A stretch of DNA of 64,000 nucleotides from Candidatus Aenigmatarchaeota archaeon (GTDB lineage: Archaea > Aenigmatarchaeota > Aenigmatarchaeia > Aenigmatarchaeales > JACQIB01): NCBI GenBank assembly GCA_016198755.1, contig JACQIB010000005.1:1-64000 (forward strand), given 5' to 3'. Below, in pieces: positions 34,013 through 44,110 of this stretch. Every line of letters begins with the position of its first letter. The stretch's first letter is position 1. A model generated the notes under the pieces. The model was not told the DNA's origin, made no database searches, and saw only the letters and a program-made list of their open reading frames with translations. A program made the position numbers and the translations under genes.

Positions 34013-34597
34013 TTATTTTTTGGCAGAAAGCTGTTGTGCAGCCTCCCGAAGGCTTACAATAGAGAGCTTTAGCTTTTCAGCAATCTCCCTTTGTGTTAAA
34101 TCAGAGCAGAGATAGAGTGCTGCAGCAGCCAATATTTTTCCGCTCCTGTTTAATTTTGCCCTTTTCAACAGCTTTGCTGCTGCTGTTTCAGCCTCTTGGC
34201 TCAAACCTAAGATAGAGGCATAGCGGGGGAGAAAAAGCTTTGCCTGAGCTGGCAGGATTTTTATTTCAAGTGCTGGAGAGAGGCGCTTTTGTATATTATA
34301 TAGCTCCTGCGGATCGCACTCTATAACAGCAGCAACCTCCTCTGCTGTGCGCGGGCTTCTGCTGTGAGCTGCCAGATAAACAAGAGTTGCACATACTGTT
34401 TCTGTCCTGAGCCCGCGTGTTTTCCCTTTTTCAGATAATTTCCTATACATATCCAAAGACTCCATAGAAACTGTCCTTGGAAGAGCAAGAGCAGAACAAT
34501 ATTTGTTTATCAGAGAACGGGCAAAGAAAATGCTCCTCTCCCTTGTTGTATAGACAAACCGCTTGATAATTTTTTCCTTATCCCTCTTTTTGCCCAC
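34013..34597 (-). CDS. TFIIB/TFB-like cyclin-fold protein lacking the Zn ribbon
   Basis: TRGLRTETVCATLVY, PRTAEEVA, LPRYASILGL, AAAALY, LTQREIA; no CxxC. Confidence 0.8.
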   Translation of the reverse strand: MGKKRDKEKIIKRFVYTTRERSIFFARSLINKYCSALALPRTVSMESLDMYRKLSEKGKTRGLRTETVCATLVYLAAHSRSPRTAEEVAAVIECDPQELYNIQKRLSPALEIKILPAQAKLFLPRYASILGLSQEAETAAAKLLKRAKLNRSGKILAAAALYLCSDLTQREIAEKLKLSIVSLREAAQQLSAKK

Positions 34598-34707
34598 AAT
34601 ATATTAGTGAAATTTATACCATATAAAGGCATCTATTTTATCTTTGTTATAATGAAGAAAATATAACATTATATTGCTGAACTGCGCTATTGTTCTGGGG
34701 GTTTCTT

Positions 34708-35295
34708 GTGAAAATTGGTATAACAGGGACGCACGGGGTTGGAAAAACTTCTCTTGCACATTCTCTTTGTGGAGAATTGAAAGAAAGAGGAATACATGCG
34801 GTTGTAAGTTCTGAGCATGAAAGACAATCTCCTTTTCCAGCTGGCACCGAATCAAGAAATAGTGTGGAAGCTCAGTGCTGGATTTTGGGAAAGCAGTTTT
34901 TGGAGGAGATAGAACTCTCCTCAAGATATCCGGTTGTTATATGTGACAGGACAATGCTCTGCAACTATGCATACTTTTTATGGAACCTGGAAAAAGCCCC
35001 GCCTGAAGTGCAAAACAGCCCAATGGTTCAGGTTATTAAAAATATGGTTAGAGAGTGGCTGAAAACCTATACATACTTCTTTAGAATACCAATTTCAGAC
35101 CAAAAAACACTAATGGAGGATAAATTCCGCAGCACAACCACTGACTGGCAGAGGGAGATTGACAGAATTATAGACAAAGCTGTGGAAGAGTTTGGGATAA
35201 AACAAATTGTTGTTCCATTAGCCACAAACACAAAAAGAGTGGATCAGATTTTAAGGGTTGTTGGGAAGGATATTGGTATAGAAACCCAACCTTAA
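34708..35295 (+). CDS. P-loop NMP-kinase-like protein (AAA_28/NadR-like)
   Basis: KIGITGTHGVGKT, VICDRT, EDKFRS. Confidence 0.8.
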   Translation: MKIGITGTHGVGKTSLAHSLCGELKERGIHAVVSSEHERQSPFPAGTESRNSVEAQCWILGKQFLEEIELSSRYPVVICDRTMLCNYAYFLWNLEKAPPEVQNSPMVQVIKNMVREWLKTYTYFFRIPISDQKTLMEDKFRSTTTDWQREIDRIIDKAVEEFGIKQIVVPLATNTKRVDQILRVVGKDIGIETQP

Positions 35296-35319
35296 GGCAG
35301 TTATTTAAAGGTTTGGTTG

Positions 35320-35901
35320 ATGAAACTTATAATGCCACTGGGATCAGTTCCAATATCAATGGATAGAAATGCGCTGAGAGTTTTCCATCTTACAACTGGA
35401 ACCAGATACAAACATGCAGTGCAGGGGGTTGTCTATGGACTTTTCAATCTGCCTGATGATGAAGGAGTTCTTGGGGTTGTAAGACCTATGCCAATAAAAG
35501 CTGGAAATTTTGACCTGTGGGAAGGGACAACTATTCCAGAGCTCTCAATTGCACTGTCTGCAAATGCCAATGCAAACCCTGTTATTTTAAGGAATGGGGG
35601 AAGGATTGTTGCGTATGTTGCTGGGAGTGATCCATTCCATGAGAATAAAACTCCATCTATTATGTACGATGCCCCGCCACTTTCGCATATGCAGCCGGGT
35701 GGGATTGCTGTTTTCAGGAACATAAGGCATGGAGCAAGAGCCTTTTATGAGCAGACTCAAGGAGAGCCTAGAATGTTCCATGTGAGGACAGAGTTGCTTG
35801 AGAAACTGGATGAGATACCCCCAGTTAGAGATGATACTCTTCTGGAGAGGTTTGAAGCAAGGGTTTTCCAGCACGCACCCGTTCCCATGCCACGTGCGTA
35901 A
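35320..35901 (+). CDS. Hypothetical protein
   Basis: ORF of about 193 aa preceded by TTTAAA; no confident motif. Confidence 0.55.
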   Translation: MKLIMPLGSVPISMDRNALRVFHLTTGTRYKHAVQGVVYGLFNLPDDEGVLGVVRPMPIKAGNFDLWEGTTIPELSIALSANANANPVILRNGGRIVAYVAGSDPFHENKTPSIMYDAPPLSHMQPGGIAVFRNIRHGARAFYEQTQGEPRMFHVRTELLEKLDEIPPVRDDTLLERFEARVFQHAPVPMPRA

Positions 35902-35912
35902 ACTGCAGAAGC

Positions 35913-35920
35913 TATAAATA
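35913..35920 (+). promoter_or_regulatory. TATA box of tRNA-Pro
   Basis: TATAAATA about 23 bp upstream of the mature tRNA 5' end, preceded by purine-rich GAAG. Confidence 0.6.
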
Positions 35921-35942
35921 TACTCTGCTTCTTTTATTGTGC

Positions 35943-36018
35943 GGGCTCGTGGTATAGCTTGGTATTATTCCAGCCTTGGGAGCTGGCGACCTGTGTTCGA
36001 ATCACAGCGAGCCCACCA
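35943..36018 (+). tRNA. tRNA-Pro(TGG), intronless, encoded CCA
   Basis: GGGCTCG/CGAGCCC acceptor stem, CCAGC-CTTGGGA-GCTGG anticodon arm, TTCGAAT T-loop. Confidence 0.95.
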
Positions 36019-36046
36019 TTTGTTTTACTGTATTAATAATTGCAAC

Positions 36047-36553
36047 CTATACAAATGGATTTTCCTCTATACCAAGATAATAAGGCTGCCTTCCAATGAA
36101 ACCTGACAATTCTCCTTCTCTGGTCCCTATTGCTTTGGGTCTTTTAAGAATTTCTAGAACCTCATATGTATTACAGTATGAAAGGTCCATTAAAGTCATC
36201 CGAACAGTTGTATCACCGTCTCTGCTAAGCTCTGCTACAGGACAGACAGAAAGCGTTGTTTTTCCTGCTTCACTCTTCTGTATCATACACCTATACATTG
36301 TATCTGAATCAGGAGCTCCCTTATCATTTGTTCTTGTAATAGGAATTAAAATGAGGGTTGCAATCTCTGTGAACCCTGGCATAGGATATTCATTAACTGA
36401 CTGGATGGGTGGCACGCCTGACCATAAAATAGCTTCAGTTGGTTTGTAAATCGTATTTCTGGATTTGTATTCTCCAGTTCTTTTAATATCGCCTAAAATC
36501 CTCCGGAACAGCGGTGGATCTATTGTTCTCACATAAGCACGCGGCATTTCCAT
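36047..36553 (-). CDS. Hypothetical protein
   Basis: 168-aa ORF; no recognised motif. Confidence 0.55.
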   Translation of the reverse strand: MEMPRAYVRTIDPPLFRRILGDIKRTGEYKSRNTIYKPTEAILWSGVPPIQSVNEYPMPGFTEIATLILIPITRTNDKGAPDSDTMYRCMIQKSEAGKTTLSVCPVAELSRDGDTTVRMTLMDLSYCNTYEVLEILKRPKAIGTREGELSGFIGRQPYYLGIEENPFV

Positions 36554-36629
36554 AGGTTTTCTTGAAGAGAAAAGCTTTTAAACCGCACACTTCTCCTCTG
36601 TTTATAAAGATTTCTTTCCACTGCTAGTT

Positions 36630-37715
36630 ATGGTTGCAAAGAGGGGAGATATTGCGAAAGACTTGAAAGGGAAAAGCCCAGCCCAGAGAGATAGATATTT
36701 GTGCACAACCTTGGGGCTGACTCCGGGAGAATTGTCTGGCTTACACACTGGTCCTGTTTATTCAAGGTTGGAAAGGGGTGTTGAACTTATTTATCATGGA
36801 GGTCATGAGAATGGAAATAGAGAAAACCTATCCTTCATAACAACCTCTTTGCTAGCATATCTTGCAGGGGTTACCGTATCTGATGTATCAACCAGTCTTA
36901 TGGGAAGATATCGTGATAGGAGAAAGGAATTATATGATGCGCATAGGTTGAATCCACCGTATATAGAGCTTTTGAGGCATGATGTTAGCGGGGAGAAACT
37001 GCCATTTACAGAGGAAAGAAATGTTTGGAAAGGATTCAAGCCAAGTGTAGATGACTGGAGAAGGGACGTTACTCTTCCGCTTCCGCCTTTCGATAGAGAA
37101 ACCTCGCAGGTTCTGGGTGTTATGTGGGGGGATGGGTACATACAACGTGGCAGGAACTTTAGTCTTATTGGGGGTACTAGAGACTCGAAGTTTTATGATA
37201 TTATCGTCTCGCGTATGTCTAAGCTTTTTAATTTACCCTTGGAAGTCAGGATTCGTGAGTATGAAGATTCTATTAGTGGGAGAAGGGTAGATGTTTCCTC
37301 TCCTGTTGTAGATGTTTCCAGCAGAGCTGTTTGTACATGGCTTGCAAATGACTTGGAGTTCCCTCTTGGAAAAAAGGAAAACTGGGGAAAGAGGAATGTA
37401 CAGCTTCCTACTACTCATTGTGACAAAGAGGGGCTTTTGGAGGGTTTGAATGCATCAATGGGAACTCTTATGAATAATAAAAAAGAGGATAGGTATATAT
37501 TTTTGATTTATGACAAGGATAGGAAATTTGTAGAGGGGGTACATAGACTTGCAAAAGAAGCGGGTTACAACCCCACAGCAGTTTTTGCAATCGATAGCCA
37601 GCTATTCAAAAGGTCATGGAAGTTTGCCTACAGAGCAATGGACACAGGACGCTTAGTCTTCCTTAACCCAAGGCACAGACAAGCTATTCAGAGCCAGCCT
37701 GTACCTGCCCCTTAA
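36630..37715 (+). CDS. Stand-alone LAGLIDADG-like endonuclease-domain protein
   Basis: QVLGVMWGDGYI (motif 1) and degenerate GLLEGLNASMGT (motif 2); SSRAVCTWL between them. Confidence 0.6.
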   Translation: MVAKRGDIAKDLKGKSPAQRDRYLCTTLGLTPGELSGLHTGPVYSRLERGVELIYHGGHENGNRENLSFITTSLLAYLAGVTVSDVSTSLMGRYRDRRKELYDAHRLNPPYIELLRHDVSGEKLPFTEERNVWKGFKPSVDDWRRDVTLPLPPFDRETSQVLGVMWGDGYIQRGRNFSLIGGTRDSKFYDIIVSRMSKLFNLPLEVRIREYEDSISGRRVDVSSPVVDVSSRAVCTWLANDLEFPLGKKENWGKRNVQLPTTHCDKEGLLEGLNASMGTLMNNKKEDRYIFLIYDKDRKFVEGVHRLAKEAGYNPTAVFAIDSQLFKRSWKFAYRAMDTGRLVFLNPRHRQAIQSQPVPAP

Positions 37716-39816
37716 CTGCGCGTGCAGTGGCAGCACCTAAAATCCTCTCTAAAACATCTTCTGGGGCTTTTTTTAGCTCTGCAATTCCCCTTAAGTTGGA
37801 AGCCCAGAGCCTGCGGGCACGAATCCTTCCAATTCCCTTCAACTTTACCAGTGGGAGAAGCTCTTCTTTAACTCCATACTTCATCCTGACCCTGAGCTTG
37901 CGGATTGATTTCTCTGCATCCCTGTTCTGGGAGAGCAGAGCCAGCTCTGAGAGAGAATAAAGAAGCCAGTCTGCAAGCTCCCTTTTACCATGGATTTCTC
38001 CGGGAGAAATTTTGTATTTCACATTCAGTTCCTCTTCTGTGCGCTCTGTGCACCAGTCCTCGAAAAAGAGTGCGGTTTTGAAAGTTTCAAGGAAGGAATC
38101 ATAGTCTGAAGACCAGTCTTCTGGAGGAACAATCAACAATTCATCGTTCCTTTTAACAACAAGCTCGTTTATGGCTTCGAGCTCTCTGCTATAAACAGAA
38201 AGGGCTGGGGAGAGCTCCTTTGCGCTGGAAATAAGCTGCAGCAGGCCAATAGAAGAGGGGAAGGTAGACAAATTGTCCAAAAAGTAATGGGCTGTTTCAG
38301 GATCTATGTATAGTTGGGAGACGCGCTTTCCTATTGTTGTAGGTTTTAGCTCCTGCCCGATCCTTATTATAAAGCCCCAGTCTGCCAATTCTCCCAAAAC
38401 AGAAGAAAGTTTTCCTTCAATATCACCTTCTTTTCCAAATTGGTGTGCATAAAAGGTTTTTGAAAAAACCTCTAAAAGATCAGTTTCTGATTTAACAGTC
38501 TCGGAAGCTATAAGGGATAAAGTGTGCATTCTGAGGACAGGCTCTGCTGCAAGCTTGCTGTATATTTCTTCGGCTTCTCCCATTACAAATTTTTCATAGA
38601 GCTCGCGCGCTTCGCGCTTATCTTTTGCAATAAGTATGGATTCTCCCCATTTATCAAAAGAAGGGCGGCCAGCCCTCCCAATCATTTGCTGGTATTCTAA
38701 AACTGGAATAAAAGTATATCCATAATGCTGGTAATACCTTTTACAGTCCCTTATAACAGCGCGGAAACAGGGTAAATCCAATCCAGCTGAAAGAGTTGGG
38801 GTGGAAGCTATTGATTTTATAATCCTGTCCCTGAAAGCCTGCTCTATTGCTTTTCTCTGTGTGTTTGTTAACCCTGCATGATGGAAGGCTGTACCTCCAC
38901 GTACGCATTCTGCAAGCCTGTGGCACTGCTTTGTTGGGGTCTCAAGAACTTTTTCAACTTCTGCAGCAAGCTTTTCCAGCTTGATTTTCTCCTCTGGGCT
39001 AAGTATTTTAGAGAGGTGGAGAGCAGAGCGCTCTGCTATTGATTCTGCACTCCTTCTTGTGCTTGCGAAAATCATGGATTGTTTTCCTTCCTTTGCTGTT
39101 TTCTCAGCTATAGAAACCTCAGGGTCCTTTTCCGTATCCAGCTCTAAAGGTTCTCTGTCTTGGAACTGGACTTTTTCCCCGTCATAAACTCCTTGGTATA
39201 GTTTAACAGGTCTCCATTCGCTTTTTACCAGTTCCCCATCTATCCAGCCTGACAAATCCTTTGAATTTTTTATTGTTGCTGACAGAAAAAGGAATACTGC
39301 ACGCGGGCAGAGTTTTCTAAGGTTTGTAATAACCATTTCAAGTGTTGGGCCGCGCGAAGGATCATTTAACAGATGTACTTCGTCTATAACAATTGCAGCT
39401 GTCTGTTCTATCCATTGTGCTTTGTGCCTTAATATAGAGTCTGTTTTTTCTGCTGTCAAAACTACAATATCATAGTCTCTCAACCAATTATCAGAACTGT
39501 CATAATCCCCAGTGCTTATACCAACCCTATAGTCTTGGAAACGTTGCTTAAAGCTCTCATACTTTTCATTTGCCAGAGCTCTCAAAGGAACAATATACAG
39601 GGCTTTCCCTTTCTTTTCTAGCAGGGTTTTGGAAATAAGCATTTCAGCCATAAGGGTTTTCCCTGAAGCTGTTGGAGCTGCTATAACAAAGCTCTTTTTC
39701 AGCTCTAACAATCCTTTATCAACAGCAGCCTCCTGAGGCGGGTTTAGTTTTTCTATTCCTCTTTCCTGCAAGTTTCTTAAAAAAGCTCCCGGAAGCTCTA
39801 GAGAAGATATTTGCAT
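37684..39816 (-). CDS. hel308: Ski2-like DNA helicase Hel308
   Basis: LNPPQ, APTASGKT, IDEVH, LSAT, AFHHAGL, QMIGRAGRP, C-terminal HhH. Start at MQISSLE. Confidence 0.93.
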   Translation of the reverse strand: MQISSLELPGAFLRNLQERGIEKLNPPQEAAVDKGLLELKKSFVIAAPTASGKTLMAEMLISKTLLEKKGKALYIVPLRALANEKYESFKQRFQDYRVGISTGDYDSSDNWLRDYDIVVLTAEKTDSILRHKAQWIEQTAAIVIDEVHLLNDPSRGPTLEMVITNLRKLCPRAVFLFLSATIKNSKDLSGWIDGELVKSEWRPVKLYQGVYDGEKVQFQDREPLELDTEKDPEVSIAEKTAKEGKQSMIFASTRRSAESIAERSALHLSKILSPEEKIKLEKLAAEVEKVLETPTKQCHRLAECVRGGTAFHHAGLTNTQRKAIEQAFRDRIIKSIASTPTLSAGLDLPCFRAVIRDCKRYYQHYGYTFIPVLEYQQMIGRAGRPSFDKWGESILIAKDKREARELYEKFVMGEAEEIYSKLAAEPVLRMHTLSLIASETVKSETDLLEVFSKTFYAHQFGKEGDIEGKLSSVLGELADWGFIIRIGQELKPTTIGKRVSQLYIDPETAHYFLDNLSTFPSSIGLLQLISSAKELSPALSVYSRELEAINELVVKRNDELLIVPPEDWSSDYDSFLETFKTALFFEDWCTERTEEELNVKYKISPGEIHGKRELADWLLYSLSELALLSQNRDAEKSIRKLRVRMKYGVKEELLPLVKLKGIGRIRARRLWASNLRGIAELKKAPEDVLERILGAATARAVKGQVQAGSE

Positions 39817-39868
39817 GGGCAAATTATGTGCACAGAACAGATAAATGCTAACGTTATATAGTATTTTC

Positions 39869-40432
39869 ATGGTTTCGGGAAAAATTGTGCATATAACATA
39901 TTTTGTGCATGGGACAACAGTGGATAATGAGAAAAATAAGTCTTCTGGCTGGTCTGATATCGGGCTTTCAGAGCTTGGGAAAGAACAGTCTATAAAGCTA
40001 AGAGCATTGATAAGGGGGAAAAAGTTTGATGTTGTATTTTGTTCTGACCTGAAAAGAGCTGTGGAGTCTGCTAAAATAGCTTTTGGTGGGCTGAAAATCG
40101 TTGTTGATAAGAGGCTGAGAGAGTGCAACTATGGGGATTTAACTGGAGCTAATTCTGAAACTGTAGATAAAATGTACTATTCCTGTATAGATAAAAAGTT
40201 TCCAAAAGGTGAGAGCATGAACGATGTTGAGAATAGGATGGGGGATTTTCTGGGAGAGTTGAAAAAACATTGGGCTGGGAAGAGAATTGCTATTGTTGCC
40301 CATAAATCACCACAGCTGGCTTTGGAGGTTTTATTAAAAGGGAGGAGCTGGGAACAGGCAATAGGAGAGGATTGGAGACTGAAAAAACCAAAGGAATGGA
40401 AACCTGGTTGGGATTACGCTCTTGTGTGGTAG
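39869..40432 (+). CDS. Histidine phosphatase (PGM) family protein
   Basis: FVHG in place of RHG, SDLKRA, LRECNYG, GES, IVAH. Confidence 0.85.
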   Translation: MVSGKIVHITYFVHGTTVDNEKNKSSGWSDIGLSELGKEQSIKLRALIRGKKFDVVFCSDLKRAVESAKIAFGGLKIVVDKRLRECNYGDLTGANSETVDKMYYSCIDKKFPKGESMNDVENRMGDFLGELKKHWAGKRIAIVAHKSPQLALEVLLKGRSWEQAIGEDWRLKKPKEWKPGWDYALVW

Positions 40433-40514
40433 GGTTGTATGACTACATGAGACTATAGATAACAGCAGAGAGAAAAAAGCATATACTTTAATATATGTTT
40501 TCCAAAACAGTGTT

Positions 40515-41093
40515 ATGGCACAGGGGAAGTTTCTTGTTTTGTACGGTATAAACCATAACCTTAAGGTTGCTGTAGGGAAGCAGATAGTGGAATTTTTAAA
40601 ACAGAAAGGAATAGAAGCTAATTTTATAAAGTATCCAATATACACTGTTGCTCCCTCAGGGTTTTTTATTGAGAAAGCTTTGAAAGGGCAGCAAACAATG
40701 AGCGAAGAAGAACTCCAACTATGGTTTGTTTTAAACAGGTACCAATACCAGCCTGTTGTTCTGAAAAATTTGAAAGAGGGGAAGTGGGTTGTAGCTGAGG
40801 ACTATATTTGGACTGGGGTTGCTTGGGGAGGAGCAAAGGGAGCTGACAGGAACTGGATTGCAAAAATAAATGAACCTTTGCTGAAAGAGGATATTTCAGT
40901 GCTTATAGATTCAAAGCAGTTTGCTGGAGCAGAAGTTACAACAGGGTATGCCAATTATGATATAACAGAAAAAGTTAGGTTAAGGCTGCAGGAGTTTGCA
41001 AAAGAACATGGCTGGCACACAGTAGACGGGAACAGACCAGCACAGGAGATTTTTTTGGATTTGATAAAAGTTATAGAAGAGAAAATGGGATAA
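40515..41093 (+). CDS. Thymidylate-kinase-like protein with degenerate P-loop
   Basis: GKFLVLYGINHNLKVAV, IKYP, ELQLWFVLNR, VAEDY. Confidence 0.75.
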   Translation: MAQGKFLVLYGINHNLKVAVGKQIVEFLKQKGIEANFIKYPIYTVAPSGFFIEKALKGQQTMSEEELQLWFVLNRYQYQPVVLKNLKEGKWVVAEDYIWTGVAWGGAKGADRNWIAKINEPLLKEDISVLIDSKQFAGAEVTTGYANYDITEKVRLRLQEFAKEHGWHTVDGNRPAQEIFLDLIKVIEEKMG

Positions 41094-41142
41094 AAACGGG
41101 AGTACAGTAAAGCATTTATCTGAGCTTTTCAAACCATAGGGA

Positions 41143-41811
41143 ATGGGAGCAAGGTTTATTGTATTCGAGGGGTTAGACTCTGCAGGGAAAAAAACGCAGA
41201 TAAAATTGTTTCTTGAAAGGCTGAAAAAACCTGTTGAGCTGTTGGATTTTCCTGCTTACAGCACAAGGTTTGGGGCTGTTGTTGGAGCTTACCTGAGAGG
41301 GGAGTTTGGGAAGAAAGAAGAGGTTGGGGCAGAGCTTTCTGCACTTCTCTATAGTTTGGATAGATACCAGTTTAAGGAGCGCATGTGGGATGCGATTGCG
41401 CAGGGAAAGATTTTGGTTTCAAACAGGTTCACACATTCAAATTTGTTTCAGGCTGCTAAGCTGCCTGAGGGGGAGTGGATAAAGTTTTTAGAATGGATAG
41501 AAATGATAGACTCGCGCATGCCAAAGCCTGATGTTGTTGTTTTTCTGGATATGCCACCTGAGGTTGGGCAGAAACTTGGGCACAAAACTGAAGGAAAGGA
41601 AGGGGGGCTGGAAGGGAGGGACTATTTGAAAGGAAAACAGTTTGATATACATGAGGAGGACAGAGAGTTCCAAGCAAAGGTAAGGAGAGCCTATTTGAAA
41701 GCTGCTGAGAAAGAGGGCTGGATTGTTGTTTTCTGTGCTGAGAATGGGACCCCAAGGAAGCCTGAGGATATAGCTGCAGATATATGGAAAAGGCTGGAAC
41801 CATTGCTTTAG
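41143..41811 (+). CDS. tmk: Thymidylate kinase
   Basis: FIVFEGLDSAGKKTQ, LYSLDR, SNRF, PDVVVFLD, DIHE. Confidence 0.9.
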   Translation: MGARFIVFEGLDSAGKKTQIKLFLERLKKPVELLDFPAYSTRFGAVVGAYLRGEFGKKEEVGAELSALLYSLDRYQFKERMWDAIAQGKILVSNRFTHSNLFQAAKLPEGEWIKFLEWIEMIDSRMPKPDVVVFLDMPPEVGQKLGHKTEGKEGGLEGRDYLKGKQFDIHEEDREFQAKVRRAYLKAAEKEGWIVVFCAENGTPRKPEDIAADIWKRLEPLL

Positions 41812-41848
41812 GTAGGCTTTAAAAGGTTTTCTCTTGTTAAAACTTTCC

Positions 41849-42277
41849 ATGGGAGAGATTGAAGTTAGCAGTATGATCGCTGATGTGGATCTAGAGCTGA
41901 ATGGGAAACCAACACCTCTATATTTGGCTGCATTTATAGAAGACCCGCAGAAAAAGGGACAATATAAGTTTAGGAGATTTGTTGGCCAGCCTTTTGAGGG
42001 TAGTGTAGACGTTAGGGATGGAAAACCAAATGTTAGAAGAAAGATGGAAATGAATTTTTTCTGGCCAACCTTCTTGGACCATTATTATGCTGAAGCAGAG
42101 CTGCCAGGAGCTGTTAAGGCTGCGATGGGGTATGAGGCAATGATGGACCCTGCTGCCAGCGCATGTGTAGGTATTGGAAAATGGAATGGTAGAACCAGTA
42201 TAGAATTTAATATTTTTTCACAGCTTGTTTGGATAAGATATCAAGAAGCTATAAACAAAGTAGATGTAAAAGGTTAG
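41849..42277 (+). CDS. Hypothetical protein
   Basis: ORF of about 142 aa from ATG 41849; no motif. Confidence 0.5.
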   Translation: MGEIEVSSMIADVDLELNGKPTPLYLAAFIEDPQKKGQYKFRRFVGQPFEGSVDVRDGKPNVRRKMEMNFFWPTFLDHYYAEAELPGAVKAAMGYEAMMDPAASACVGIGKWNGRTSIEFNIFSQLVWIRYQEAINKVDVKG

Positions 42278-42337
42278 AAAACCAGCCGTTGCATTTGTTT
42301 TTAACTTGAATTTAAGGTTTTCTATTAGATAGTAGGA

Positions 42338-42799
42338 ATGGTAAAACTAAATGTGGGGAATGGGAGACCGCTGATTGAACTCCATCTATTAGAGCCCCCG
42401 TTCTATAGGAACTTGTGTGCATTTGTCTGGAATCCGCACACTAACAACTATATTCCTTATCGTATAGTTCCGGAGAGGAAATGGGAAACAGGTAATATGG
42501 ATTATTTTTATTTGTCAGAGCTGGACATACCAGGCCTGCCTGTTGTAACAGGCAAAAACCTTAGAGAGGGATTTAGTATGTTAATCAGCGAGGAAAGAAA
42601 AGTAAGAGACTGTGGGGAAGCGCACGAATTTTCATGCATAGGAGCTGCTTTGTTTTCAGGGAATGGACATACAGACACTGATCAGATAGCTGTTATGGCT
42701 GGCAGAAAATACCTTCATTTAAGGGGTATGCTTTTGCTGGAGGAGTTTTCTGACGCTCCTGAATGGTTTGTAGATAATAGGCGGGAATTTGTTTTCTAA
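42338..42799 (+). CDS. Hypothetical protein
   Basis: 153-aa ORF; no motif. Confidence 0.5.
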   Translation: MVKLNVGNGRPLIELHLLEPPFYRNLCAFVWNPHTNNYIPYRIVPERKWETGNMDYFYLSELDIPGLPVVTGKNLREGFSMLISEERKVRDCGEAHEFSCIGAALFSGNGHTDTDQIAVMAGRKYLHLRGMLLLEEFSDAPEWFVDNRREFVF

Positions 42800-42864
42800 A
42801 GAAAATTTGCTGCTAAAACTGCCAATAGCAAAGGTTGAAAAAGGTATACATTAGAATAGTGGGT

Positions 42865-43359
42865 ATGGCAGAGTACAAAACAAGCACTACGCTGGATGAG
42901 GCAGATATTGTTTTAAACAGTGCTGGGGTAAAGGAAATTTTAGACGTTGGAAAAAGAGGACAAATAGAGGTTTTTACTTCTGAGAAGGATTTGGGGGATT
43001 TGGTTGCGGATTATAGATGGGGATATGTTTTATGGAGGGATGATGATCCTATGGATAAATTAAAGGAAATTTTATATCCTGGGGAGCTGAGGGAGGCTTT
43101 GACAAAAACCCAGTTAAAGGATGTTATTTCACTTGCTGCACATATGCTTTATCGCAGGGATATTTTTGTTACAACAAACAGGCTTATACTGGAAAAGCGG
43201 AGGGAACTTTCTGAAAAACTGGGGGTAAGGATTATGGAACCGCTGGAGTTCCTTAAGTTTATGAATATTGAACAGGGTAAAACAGAAACAGAGTATTCCA
43301 CTGGGGAGAGTAAGGAAGAGGAATTTTTGAAGGCTATGGAAGGGGAGGGAAAGGCTTAA
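42865..43359 (+). CDS. Hypothetical protein, possibly a divergent PIN fold
   Basis: TLDEAD...KDVISLAAH...DIFVTTN...IMEPLEF pattern. Confidence 0.45.
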   Translation: MAEYKTSTTLDEADIVLNSAGVKEILDVGKRGQIEVFTSEKDLGDLVADYRWGYVLWRDDDPMDKLKEILYPGELREALTKTQLKDVISLAAHMLYRRDIFVTTNRLILEKRRELSEKLGVRIMEPLEFLKFMNIEQGKTETEYSTGESKEEEFLKAMEGEGKA

Positions 43360-43383
43360 ATTGCACTGGGTTGAATTTTTCTT

Positions 43384-44040
43384 ATGGAAAGGAAACCTAT
43401 AATGGCTGCTGAGATTATAGAGCGGTACAGGAACGGGGAAAGGGATTTTTCAGGTGTTGTTCTAAAATCTGGAGACCTTTCAGGATCAAGTTTAAAGGGT
43501 ATAATACTGAAAGACTCAGATCTTTCAGACACTAATTTTTCAAATACAGACCTTACAGGAGCTGATTTTTCAGAATCTGTTTTGCAGAGGGCAATATTCC
43601 GCGGTGCAAACCTGCGCAGTACTGTTTTCTTCAAGGCTGATTTGGCTTGGGCAAACATGAGGGAAACTTTCATGGACAATACTGATTTCCGCTCTGCAAA
43701 CCTGCTTTGGGCGCACTTATGCAAGTCTGATATGGCATCTGCAAAAATAGACGGGGCAAACCTCTCCTGGTCATGTTTAGCTGACTCAAAACTTTCCCTT
43801 GAACAAATGGCTGAAATAGAAGGGGAAACAATGAAATCAATAAGAACCACAGATTATGGCTCTCATCAGTCTATAGATCAGAGGGAAGAGGAGGCTGGAG
43901 CACAGGCTCCTACAATATTGGGTATTTACAAGGGGACTGGAGGAGAAAAACATGTTACTCTGGGTATTTACAATTCCGGCGGGGAAGAGGGAACTCCTTT
44001 AGGACTGTATTTGACAAAGAAGCAGAGATGGGACGACTAG
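43384..44040 (+). CDS. Pentapeptide repeat protein
   Basis: Y..GERDFSG followed by repeated A(D/N)LxG-type pentapeptides. Confidence 0.92.
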   Translation: MERKPIMAAEIIERYRNGERDFSGVVLKSGDLSGSSLKGIILKDSDLSDTNFSNTDLTGADFSESVLQRAIFRGANLRSTVFFKADLAWANMRETFMDNTDFRSANLLWAHLCKSDMASAKIDGANLSWSCLADSKLSLEQMAEIEGETMKSIRTTDYGSHQSIDQREEEAGAQAPTILGIYKGTGGEKHVTLGIYNSGGEEGTPLGLYLTKKQRWDD

Positions 44041-44110
44041 ATTATTGCCATAATTTTGTGTAAAAAGGCGAAAGAAAAGGTTTATAAGCTTTTGTTATTA
44101 AGAAAGGAGT

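Noticed and set aside
39817-40128. 104-aa N-terminal extension of Hel308 in the ORF track
   Set aside because: It is antisense to the histidine phosphatase gene; the helicase plausibly starts at MQISSLE (39816).
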